Of a DNA stretch of 64,000 nucleotides, positions 37,236 through 48,500 are shown piece after piece. Numbering within the stretch: the first letter of the stretch is position 1; every line of letters begins with the position of its first letter. The notes under the pieces were generated by a model. It was not told the origin of the DNA, searched no databases, and saw only the letters and a list, made by a program, of their open reading frames with translations. Source of the DNA: Eimeria praecox (taxonomy: Eukaryota); contig OY986948.1 of assembly GCA_963920595.1 (NCBI GenBank), positions 5,394,001 through 5,458,000 of the forward strand. Direction: 5' to 3'. The position numbers and the translations under genes were made by a program.

Positions 37236-39695
37236 AGTGCTCATTTTGGCGCATTTATGGTAATGCCTACGTATCAGGCGGCCTGATGGATGCGTATGTG
37301 AAAGCAAGGAGATTTGTTGCGTTGTAATGCCAGGAAGTGTTATAGTTCGCTTTGCATTTATGACGGTTGATTAGTGCAAAGCGAACTATTTGACGGAGTC
37401 TATGAGCACCGCCAAACTTTGTTGCCGGATGCATCGACTATTCGGAGGCATGTGCTAAACCTTTAGTAGTATAAACGGCCAACTGTAAGTACGAATGGCG
37501 CCTGCAAAAAGCAGCGCGGAGCCGGCTGCTACTTGTGTAGCTGCTTGCGCAACAAACAAAACAAAAAAGCGGAATCCGTTGTGCCGGTAGGTGTTTCTGG
37601 CGAGCTTAGTTGAGCTTTTTTGTGTCGTCAGTGGTTGCAGCTTGTAGACCGGTACCTTACGACAAAGTGCTGATAGCGCTCGAATACAGTAAACAGAGGC
37701 ATACTGGAAGATGGCCCGCAGCTGCACGCATGGGATGTCAGCCTGGCGTCCTCAACATTTTTGACTGCCTTTTACCTTGCAAAAAGAAGCAATTCCACAA
37801 GGACGCCCCATGCAGCTAGATGCTTAATTTTCTAGTTGGTGCTGAGCGTCTCCATCATTCGTTTGCCCTGCACGGGAACAGCTCCGTATGCAGATAGGAA
37901 TACACTCAGTATTTGGCGGAGGGGTAGGGGCGTTCCACACTTGAGCGTCGTGGGCTTCCGAAGCGTCTGCATGCGCTCATTTACTGTAGCAATGTGCTGA
38001 AATCGCCTCTAGCGTAACGACCGCGCGCTGGGGTGCACTGGTTTGCTCAGGAAGTATGCGCGTTAAGACTAAGGTAATCTGCCAGGCGTTGGTGTAGGTA
38101 CTGCTACTTTCCATGCTATCTCGTGGTAGGCATCGATGGACACGAGCATGTCTGCAGTAATACAGAGTTTCAAAGTGAGGAGAAGCGTTAGTTGGCATGC
38201 GGGGATGGGGTGTTTCGAGATGCAGCCAACGCTTGCCAAACACGGCTGCACTGCAAAGGGTATGAGTGGATCGGGGAACCCGTGCAAGTGCAGCTCAATA
38301 TTTTGTTGAGGGAAAAGGGGACTGCGCGGTAGTTTGTGCTAAGCCCCCGTTAGCACTGGAGATCATCCCGGTTGCGCATGATGGGCGTTATTCTGCGGAA
38401 GGCAGGAATACCGAGCTGCGGGCCGAGGTCGATAGGGACACCAACAGGGCTTGTGTAAATCCGCATGGCGATCCCGAACAAAATCACCAAACTAGTAGGG
38501 TACTGTGCAGCTACTTTATGTGGAGCTAGCCACCTTATGACGAGCTGCTTTCTTCATCTTCCTATCATTATCAAATGCGATCTTCATACAGCATACCGCA
38601 ATTCACGTCCGTTGTACGCCATCTCGCGACAAGGAATTCCTTAGACCTTCCTACCATCCTCGTAGTCACTTCTGCCACACTCCACCATAGCCTACCATCT
38701 TAACCTCCCAACAGTCCTCTTTTTTAAGCGGTCCCGATTCCCATCGATTTTTCAAAAGGCAACTATGTGATAAGGAAACCACATGCAACAACCTGTCTCT
38801 CGTTGCAGTTAATAACACGCTTGGAGTTGGCTTGTTTCCCGCTACACGGGCCAGCCCTGTTTGCGGATAGACGCATGAGCATTATTTTTCGGAAGCGGCC
38901 AGCTCATATGAGAATCTAGCCTTTATATGGTTTGTGAGCCTGCGCATGCGCATGCTGGGTGCGGGTTGGTGATGCCCTCTGACGTTGCGGCATCGCGTTG
39001 CATTCAGATGGTATGCCTATAATTAGTTGAAGCGGTGTGTTGATGCGCACCGCTTGGCTACATGGCAGCTAGAACAGCTTGTAGTATGCCTGAACCATTC
39101 GAAACAACTGGGCATCAACATGGATCCTGCGACTCTTCAGCAGGCGTGGGAGAGCACTCATGGCTGGTGCATGGAGTTACGACGAAGACGAACCAAGGCT
39201 TTCTTTTGCTTAGCCGTGTTGGTCCTTGATTTCGTTTGACGAGGGATGTTTCCACACATTATGTGCGTTGGCGAGACAGATCCTGATATTACAAATTATG
39301 CCAGTAAACTACCGAAGTATTGTATATGTATGCGTCGCTCTGCATGCATAGAGGAAACAGACTACGCTGTTATATGCCTTCAAGGCCTACTAACATATTG
39401 CCGGCCAGATTGTTCACGCATGATAGCAGCTGCTTTGCACAGGGCATGAATAGTGAAGTGCACGCCGCAACATCGAATGCAGCCCACATGAATTGCGTGA
39501 TTACACGCTGCGCTTGCTCAACACGACGTGCAATCAATAGCTCATTGTGCGCCTATTGGGTTTTAAACAAGAAGGCCCAGCTCGTAATGGAGGCGAATGC
39601 CCTTGGCTCCGCAACATTTGTGAAATGTGTTGGGGTCCAAATAGTTGCACCGTATGCATGCCATTGAGTTTCATTCGGGCTGGGTGTTTCATACG

Positions 39696-40790
39696 TAATG
39701 GTGGCAGCACTCCAACACACCCGGGAAATGTAATCGTGAGTCCGTCCCTCGGTTCACAGTCACAAGGTCTCTGCAGCACTGCTTCAACGCTTACGATAAT
39801 CTTGGGGTTTGCAGCAAGAGGCAACCTGTCAAGGACACCCCATGGAAACATCTGCTTCGCTTTGCAGTTGGCATTAGGCTTGGGCTTGATTTTGGCGCCC
39901 TGGTTTGAGTCAGATCCATTCGTCGGTATGCGTAACCCCAGCATTTGTAGGATAGGTAGCTGCTTAGCATTTATGAGCATCGTGGAGTTTTCAAGGCTGC
40001 TTGCGCACTTCTGCGGAGAGCGGGGGTTGGGAATGGCGAAGCCTTCTCTGGCAGTGCGACCGTGTGCTGGTGTGGCCAGAGAGTAAGCGTTTAGTCGCAG
40101 CGTTATGTGCACGGCTCGCTTGTAGGCACTGCTACATTACAGGCTGTCTGACGGCACGCATGGATGCGTGTGCGCGTTCTTGCTGTTGCATCTAGTTGCA
40201 GTGCGTCTAGAAGCCGCGCTGCTCCAGCTGCAGCGTATACGTGGGTCATTCACTTTCGTTCGAGCTTGGCATGCCAGGTGTAATGGTGAAAGCGCTCCAA
40301 CACACCCGGGAAAGGTAATTGCGAGCCCGTCCCTCGGTTCACAGTCACAAGGTCTCTGCAGCACTGCTTCAACGCTTGCGATAATCTTGGGCTTTCAAGC
40401 AAGAGACAAACTGACAAGGACACCGCATGGAAACATCTGCTTCGCTTTGCAGTTGGCATTGGGCTTGGGCTTGATTTTGGTGCCCTGGTTTGAGTCAGAT
40501 CCATTCGTCGGTATGCGTAACCCCAGCATTTGTAGGAGAGGTAGCTGCTTAGCATTTATGAGCATCGTGGAGTTTTCAAGGCTGCTTGCGCACTTCTGCG
40601 GAGAGGGGGGGTTGGGAATGGCGAAGCCTTCTCTGGCAGTGCGACCGTGTGCTGGTGTGGGCAGAGAGTAAGCGTTTAGTCGCAGCGTCATGTGCACGGC
40701 TCGCTTGTAGGCATTGCTGCGTTACAGGCTGCCTGACGACAGGCATGGATGCGTGTGCGCTTGCTTGCAGATGCTTGCATCTAGTTGCAG
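39696..40790. repeat. 585-bp tandem duplication private to the first HOR copy
   Basis: TAATGGTG...CTCCAACACACCCGGGAAA at 39696 and 40281; ORF-track twins 40001/40586; the segment is single-copy in later HOR units. Confidence 0.93.
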
Positions 40791-41873
40791 TGTAGCTGGA
40801 TGTCTGCTTTCATCAGGTTTATGCGTGCTTTTCCTTTGTTTCTACAGGAGCAGACGGTTTGGGTTCGCTGCATGCATTTTCGGGAAACAACCCAGCATTA
40901 AAAGGTATGCCAGTGGATTTGTGTGGCAGAGTATGTGTAGTGCAATGCGTGGCAGGCAGGAACAACGACTATGCGGTGACTTGTGCCAAGGGTGCAGTCG
41001 CGTCGGCGATCAGCGTGGCTCCGTATGAAGGCAGCGTTTTGTGGAGGACGAGAATAGCGGAATGCGGCCTACTTTTGAGCGTCTCCAAAACAGTAACAAT
41101 GTGATCTATAAGGGAAAGTAGTGCCTGTAGCTCACTGTGTAGCTATTGGATAACGGAAAAGAGAGCGGGAATTATCGCGCAGTCAGGAGTCGCTGGTTAG
41201 GCGATATACATTAGGCTAGTTTGTGTTCAGGGTAGGTGCAATTTGTGAATGTGCCGCTTCATGCGTTTTTAAGGGCGTCGTCGCATGCTAAGGATTTGGC
41301 ATCACTCCAACATAGTATACAGAGGCAAACGCGAAGTGGGCGATCGGCCTGCGGGAGCCCGATGGCTCCCGAACAACTTGGATTTTCTGGATTAGCGTTG
41401 GCCTTCCAGTAATGGGCGATTCGACAAGGCCGGCCTCTGCACGCCCGTGCTTCGTTTTGTTGTTGGTTTTAAGTTTGGGCTTGGATAACTAATTACGTTT
41501 AGCCACTGCCCATCAACGGCAGGAATGTACGTAGTATTTGGCTGGTATCTAGAAGGCCAACGTGCATAAGCAGCACAGCGTACTGCAGCTGGTGTGAACG
41601 TCTTCGGACGCGGCGTGAGGAATCCTCCAGTGGTGTTACGCTCGCTCGGCTGTCTTCCCAGGAAGTATGGACTTACCAGCAGAGTCATGCGCACGGTGTC
41701 AGTGTGGGGAATGCTTCGCTTCAGGCTGTCTGACGGTGGATATCGGTGTGCATTCGTCCGCATTCAGTTTTGCGGAGCTCCAGCGTGAAGCGAAACGTCA
41801 GGTACTTCGGCCTCATCGGCTTCTGCATATCGTATGTTGGATCGGGTTGTTTTGATACGCACTGTACGCTTAC

Positions 41874-44800
41874 GAGATAAGTTTACAAATTGCAAGCTTG
41901 TTAGTGAGCTGTTGGTGCAGCTTACGCGCAGCGCAGCATGTGGTGGGAGAAACCAGTGACTAGTCAGATGCTTGCACTAAGTGTTCAGGAGCGTTGGCGA
42001 TCATGCGTGGTTATCGATGATGACAGCGGTTTTGTGGAAGACGGGAATAGCTGCCTGTAGGCCGCAGACGATAGTGCAACCAACGCAAATTGTGTGAATT
42101 TGCAAGGCGTTTACAGAGAAGCATACGGGGTCAGTAGCTCATTGCGCAGCTACTGCTTAACACAAAGGAACGCAGAATTATCAGGGCAGGCGAATGCTGT
42201 GACATGGCAAGATTTGTGAAGCTGCTTTGTGTTTGCAGTAGGTGCTACGCATGCATGGACGTCGAATTAGCAGGGCAGGAGAATGCTGCGACTTGGCAAG
42301 ATTTGTGAAGCTGCTTTGTGTTTGCAGTAGGTGGCACGTGTGCGTGCGCTGCTCATTCTTGTTGGAGCTTGCCATTTCCAAGCAAAGTTTGGATTCCACT
42401 GCATTATCCTTAGGATTGAAGAAGGAGAAGCTGACCCCTCGTTTGCAAGCACATGGTGTCTCCAATACGTGTTGAATGTTTGCAGATATCGTTGACTTTC
42501 TCAGAGCAAGCGATTTGACAAGGTCGCCCCGTGCAGCCAGTTGTCTAGGTTTGCTGTTGGCATTGGTCTTGGACTTAGTTCACATGCCCTCGTTGGTCTC
42601 GTGTTTATTTGCTGGTGTGCGTGTACGCAGTAATATCGGGAGGAGCTATAGGATTTGATTGTGTGAGCATAGTGAGGGTATGCAGCTTGCGTCCATGCGT
42701 ATGCGGCAGTTGCGTGACAAGCCTTCTCTTGCTAGGCAGCTCTCTGGTTTGCCCAGCGAGTAAGCATGTTTGAGCAACGCCACCTGCTGAAGCACGGTTA
42801 TGGGTGGGATCGCCCTCAATGCTACCTGGTGGTAGGTGTGTATGCGTACGCGCGTGATTGGAGATTTTTGCAAATGCAGTGTAAGACGTAGAAGCACTAC
42901 TTTATTAACTTGTAACGGGCTTCGGTATCTGCTGGGTTGGGATGTCTCGATGCATGATGTGGGCTTGCGAAGAAGCGCCTGGCCTTACGAATGGTATCAG
43001 CGAATTGCTGAAGCAGTATCCGCGCAGGGCAATAGGTTGTGGGAGGGAGCGGGGACTGCGCGGTGGCTTGCGTCAAGTCAAGGGTTTAGTAGGATTGGCC
43101 ATTCGTCCAGTTATGTGTGTTGGTATTTGCTTTGCCGATGACTAAGGTAGCGGATACGGGCGGGACGCGGTAGACAGAGCGACCGCCAGGAGTCGTTGTT
43201 GGCGCCTGTGCAGACGAACGCGGAGCCAGTAGTTCATTCTGCAGCTATTGGGTAGCCGAAAAGAAGGCGGATCGTACTGTTCAGGCGCTGGCGTGTGGCG
43301 TGGCGAGGTTGGTAACGCTGGTTTGGGTTTTGAGTTGTTCAGCTTGGAGTTGCTTCATTCGGTTTTGTTGGAATCGAGTTTTTAATGACAGCGTTGCGGC
43401 GGCATTTCACCGTGGTAGGCAAAAGCAAAGGGAAAGCAGCCCCTTCGCCTGGGTGCACGTGGTTTGTTACAAACCTCTTGAATGTCTTGTCTTATACTTG
43501 GCTACTCAATAACACGCAATTCGGCAAGGACACCCCATGCAACCTGCATCGCTTTACATTTGATACTGGGCTTGGGCTTGGTTCGCATGATGTCATTGGA
43601 GCAAGCTGCCTTTGACGGTTCTTTCGCACCCTGGGTTTGACTGGCAGCCAAAGCACCTCTAGGTATGCGCATCCTGGTGTTATGCAGTCTGTGTGCATTC
43701 GTCTGCGAATGCGGTATGCCGCAGCCTCCTGTGGTTTTACGGTACCTCGCTGATGTTGCCAGGAAGTATGCACTTAGCAGAGGACTCATCTGTGTTCCTC
43801 TCGTGTGGCCACTGTTGAGCGTCAAGCTGTCGAGTGGCGGATATCATTGTGCACTGGCTTGCAGGCAATTTTCTGGAGTTGCAGAGTGAGTGATGTGATT
43901 GCTTTCTGGACTACACGCTTCTGCATTTCTGTTCTGCTGGATCAGCTATGCAATATCCGTTTACCAGATAGGTTTACAAAGTGCAAACGTGTTAGTGAGC
44001 TGTTGGTGCAGCTTATGCTCAGCGCAGCATGTCGTGGGAGAAACCAGTGACTAGTCGGCTGGTTGCACTAAGAGTTCAGGAGCGTTGGCGATCATGCGTG
44101 GTGGTTATTGATGATGGCAGCGGTTTTGTGGAAGACGGGAATAGCTGCCTGTAGGCCGCAGACGATAGTGCAACCAACGCAAATTGTGTGAATTTGCAAG
44201 GCGTTTACAGAGAAGCATACGGGGTCAGGAGCTCATTGCGCAGCTACTGCTTAACACAAAGGAACGCAGAATTATCGGGACAGGCTAATGCTGTGACATG
44301 GCAAGATTTGTGAAGCTGCTTTGTGTTTGCAGTAGGTGGCACGTGTCCGTGCGCCGCTCATTCTGTGGAGCTTGGCATTTCCAAGCAAAGTTTGGATTCC
44401 ACTGCATTATCCTTAGGATTGAAGAAGGAGAAGCAGACCCCTCGCTTGCAAGCACATGGTGTCTCCAATACGTGTTGAATGTTTGCAGGTATCGTTGACT
44501 TTCTCAGAGCAAGCGATTTGACAAGGTCGCCCCGCGCAGCCAGTTGTCTAGGTTTGCTGTTGGCATTGGTTTTGCGCTTAGTTCACATGCCCTCGTTGGT
44601 CTCGTGTTTATTTGCTGGTGTACATGTACGCAGTAATATCGGGAGGAGCTATAGGATTTCATTGTGTGAGCTTAGTGACGGTATGCAGCCTGTGTGCATG
44701 CGTGTGCGGGAGTCGTGTGAAAAGCTCTTTCTTGCTAGGCAGCTCTCTGTTTTGCGCAGGAAGTAAGCATGTTTGAGCAACGCCACCTGCTGAAGCACGG

Positions 44801-45568
44801 TTATGGGTGGGATCGCCCTCAATGCTACCTGGTGGTAGGTGTGTATGCGTACGCGCGTGATTGGAGATTTTTGCAAATGCAGTGTAAGACGTAGAAGCAC
44901 TACTTTATTAACTTGTAACGGGCTTCGGTATCTGCTGGGTTTGGATGTCTCGATGCATGATGTGGGCTTGCGAAGAAGCGCCTGGCATTACGAATGGTAT
45001 CAACGAGTTGCTGAAGCAGTATCCGCGCAGGGCAATAGGTTGTGGGAGGGAGCGGGGACTGCGCGGTGGCTTGCGTCAAGTCAAGGGTTTAGTAGGACTG
45101 ACCATTCGTCCAGTTATGTGTGTTGGTATTTGCTTTGCGGATGACTAAGTTAGCGGATACGGGCGGGACGCGGTAGACAGAGCGACCGCCAGGAGTCGTT
45201 GTTGGCGCCTGTGCAGACGAACGCGGAGCCAGTAGTTCATTCTGCAGCTATTGGGTAGCCGAAAAGAAGGCGGATCGTACTGTTCAGGCGCTGGCGTGTG
45301 GCGTGGCGAGGTTGGTAACGCTGGTTTGGGTTTTGAGTTGTTCAGCTTGGAGTCGCTTCATTCAGTTTTGTTGGAATCGAGTTTCTAATGACAGCGTTGC
45401 GACGGCATTCCACCGTGGTAGGCAAAAGCAAACGGAAAGCAGCCCCTTGACCTGGGTGCACGTGGTTTGTTACAAAGCTCTCGAAGGTGTTATACTTGGT
45501 TACTCAACAATAGGCAATTCGGCAAGGACACCCCATGCAATCTGCATTGCTTTACATTTGATACTGGG
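41874..45568. repeat. Nested ~1.6-kb direct duplication (period ~2 kb) inside each HOR unit
   Basis: 41874-43570 aligns to 43965-45568, and the copies diverge after ACATTTGATACTGGG. The same pairing occurs at ~49022/51011 and ~56052/58141. Confidence 0.92.
42175..42352. repeat. 89-bp tandem duplication (also at 56357/56446 and 63500/63589)
   Basis: GAATTA...GGCAAGATTTGTGAAGCTGCTTTGTGTTTGCAGTAGGTG occurs twice at offset 89; single-copy at ~44270, 49324, 51315 and 58446. Confidence 0.93.
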
Positions 45569-48500
45569 TTTGGACTTTGTTTGCTTGCCGTGATTCGAAT
45601 CTACTGCCTTTCCCAGCATAAAAGCCTGGGGTGTTGTGCAATATGAGAGAGAACTAGCGTGTTTTGAGACTGCGTTGCTTCTCCACACACGCATACAAAA
45701 TCCGCCTGACGGAGATTGGGATAGCGCAATTGTTTTGTTCAGGAAGTATGGACTTCAAGGTCATTGGCTCGGCGGGGGTAGGGATACTGTTGCGTTTCAG
45801 GAATTTTCCTGACAGGCATGGACGTGTATATGCATGCCTGCAGACTTGTGGAATCCCACTGTGGGAACTGAGAACTGGTTTTGCTGTATTCGTGCTTGGC
45901 TTTGGTGCTCTACTAGGAGAGGGTGTTTCAGTGCGCGATAGCGTTTGCGATGCAGACGTTGTTAGTCTGGCATGATACACGATGTCACGGAAGTGGTGAG
46001 ATATCAAATGTGCAGCGCAATAGGTGATAGAAGGAGTTAACAACTCTTGGTGATTTGTCTTCAGCGTTTTGCATCATTGGCGACTATCCCAGTTGTGGGT
46101 GATGGCCGGTATTTTGCGGGGAGTAGGCCTTGCAAGGTGCATTAAGCAGCCGGCAATACGTGGCGTGGTTGACAGGGACACAAGCCGAGTCATGTACATC
46201 AGCATGGCCGCTGCACAAAAGAACGCGTCACCCGTAGCTCATTGTGCAGTTAATGGATAGCATGAAGGAAGACGGGATTGGTAGTGAAGACAGACAGTTC
46301 TGGCGTGGCAAGATTAGTTGAGATGTTTGGTGAATGGAGTACACGCAACGCTACATGTTGCTTATTTTTGTTCGAGTTGTGTATCGCAAGGCAATGCTTG
46401 GGCAGCAAGCCGAGGCAAGCCTAACACAGGCCCTTGACGTGCAAGCACGTGGTCTGTCCACGTTCTTTTCCAACAGGTAAACGATTTGCTAAGGGATCCC
46501 CATGCAACAGCCTGCCTCACTTTGAAGGTAGTAGTAAATCTGGACTTGTTTTGCCTTCCCTTACCGGAATCAGATCCGTTTGCCTATAGACGTATAAGCA
46601 GTATTCGACGGAGAGGGAGGGGGCCAGCTCGCATGAGTAAGTAGAGGTCATGTATTTTGTGAGCCTGTGCATGCGCATGCTGGGTGTGGGTTGGTGATGC
46701 CCTTCTCTGGCGTTGCGATGTCGTGCTGCATTATTCAGAAAGTATGCTTATACTTATGTGGAATGGCTGCGAAGATGGGAACCGCATGGCAACTAGAACA
46801 GCTTGTAGTATGCCTGGACCACCCGACACGATTTTATTTCTGGGGACGGTTATGGGTTCTGGCACTCTTCAGCTGGTACGAGAGTACACACGGAGGCTGG
46901 TGCACATGCGTGCTGATGCATGGAGTTGCAAAGTGAGAAGCAGCAGGATTTTCTGTTGCTTTAGGCGTGCTCATCCTTGGTTTCGACGCACGATGTGCGT
47001 TTGCCAGACAGATTCTGGCATTGCAAAGTATGCCAGTAAACTGGTGGCACATCGGTTCTGTAGACGCCACCTTGCATTGTTGGAGTAAAAGCAGACTACG
47101 CTGTTATATGCCTTCAAGGCCTACTAACACATTGCCGACCAGATTGTTCACGCATGATGGCAGCTACTTTGCACAGGGCATGAATAGTGAAGTGCACGCC
47201 TCAACATCGAATGCAGCCCACATGAATTGCGTGATTACACGCTGCGCTTGCTTAACACGACGTGCAATCAATAGCTCATTGTGCGCCTATTGGGTTTTAA
47301 ACAAGAAGGCCCAACTCGTAATGGAGGCGAATGCCCTTGGCTCCGCAACATTTGTGAAACGTGTTGGGGTCCGAATAGTTGCACCGTATGCATGCCATTG
47401 AGTTTCATTCGGGCTGGGTGGTTCATATGTAATGGTGGCAGCACTCCAACACACCCGGGAAATGTAATCGTGAGTCCGTCCATCGGTTCACAGTCACAAG
47501 GTCTCTGCAGCACTGCTTCAACGCTTACGATAATCTTGGGGTTTGCGGCAAGAGGCAACCTGACAAGGACACCCCATAGAAACATCTGCTTCGCTTTGCA
47601 GTTGGCATTAGGCTTGGGCTTGATTTTGGCGCCCTGATTTGAGTCAGATCCATTCGTCGGTATGCGTAACCCCAGCATTTGTAGAGAGGTAGCTGCTTAG
47701 CATTTATGAGCATCGTGGAGTTTTCAAGGCTGCTTGCGCACTTCTGCGGAGAGGGGGGGTTGGGAATGGCGAAGCCTTCTCTGGCAGTGCGACCGTGTGC
47801 TGGTGTGGGCAGAGAGTAAGCGTTTAGTCGCAGCGTCATGTGCACGGCTCGCTTGTAGGCATTGCTGCGTTACAGGCTGCCTGACGACAGGCATGGATGC
47901 GTGTGCGCTTGCTTGCAGATGCTTGCATTTAGTTGCAGTGTAGCTGGATGTCTGCCTTCATCAGGTTTATGCGTGCTTTTCCTTGGTTTCTACAGGAGCA
48001 GACGGTTTGGGTTCGCTGCATGCATTTTCGGGAAACAACCCAGCATTAAAAGGTATGCCAGTGGATTTGTGTGGCAGAGTATGTGTAGTGCAATGCGTGG
48101 CAGGCAGGAACAACGACTATGCGGTGACTTGTGCCAAGGGTGCAGTCGCGTCGGCGATCAGCGTGGTTCCGTATGAAGGCAGCGTTTTGTGGAGGACGAG
48201 AATAGCGGAATGCGGCCTACTTTTGAGCGTCTCCAAAACAGTAACAATGTGATCTATAAGGGAAAGTAGTGCCTGTAGCTCACTGTGTAGCTATTGGATA
48301 ACGGAAAAGAGAGCGGGAATTATCGCGCAGTCAGGAGTCGCTGGTTAGGCGATATACATTAGGCTAGTTTGTGTTCAGGGTAGGTGCAATTTGTGAATGC
48401 GCCGCTTCATGCGTTTTTAAGGGCGTCGTCGCATGCTAAGGATTTGGCATCACTCCAACATAGTATACAGAGGCAAACGCGAAGTGGGCGATCGGCCTGC

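Larger units (their letters stand above)
22816..39357. repeat. Zone of highly diverged ~1-kb monomers of the same family (about 16-17 monomers)
   Basis: Motifs recur in the same order about every 1 kb: CCCCATGCA, TTGCAGTTGG, CAG-NNN-GTATGC, GCTTCAGCTTGT, ATGCCAGTRAA, GTAGCTCATTG, GTGTTCGGAGTAGG. Confidence 0.85.

Noticed and set aside
22816..39357. CRISPR-like repeat-spacer array from the recurring short motifs
   Set aside because: Motifs are degenerate and ~1 kb apart, the intervening DNA is homologous rather than unique, there are no cas genes, and the context is eukaryotic-like.
41352..41371. CGGGAGCC-cgat-GGCTCCCG hairpin as a terminator or structural element
   Set aside because: Only an 8-bp stem with no U-tract; it recurs only because it lies in the HOR and is not seen in other monomers.
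46230..46340. CCCGTAGCTCATTG motif as a tRNA 5' end or Pol III A-box (tRNA or SINE array)
   Set aside because: No proper B-box (GTTCRANNC) at a suitable distance and no cloverleaf seen; tRNAscan-SE or Infernal would settle it.
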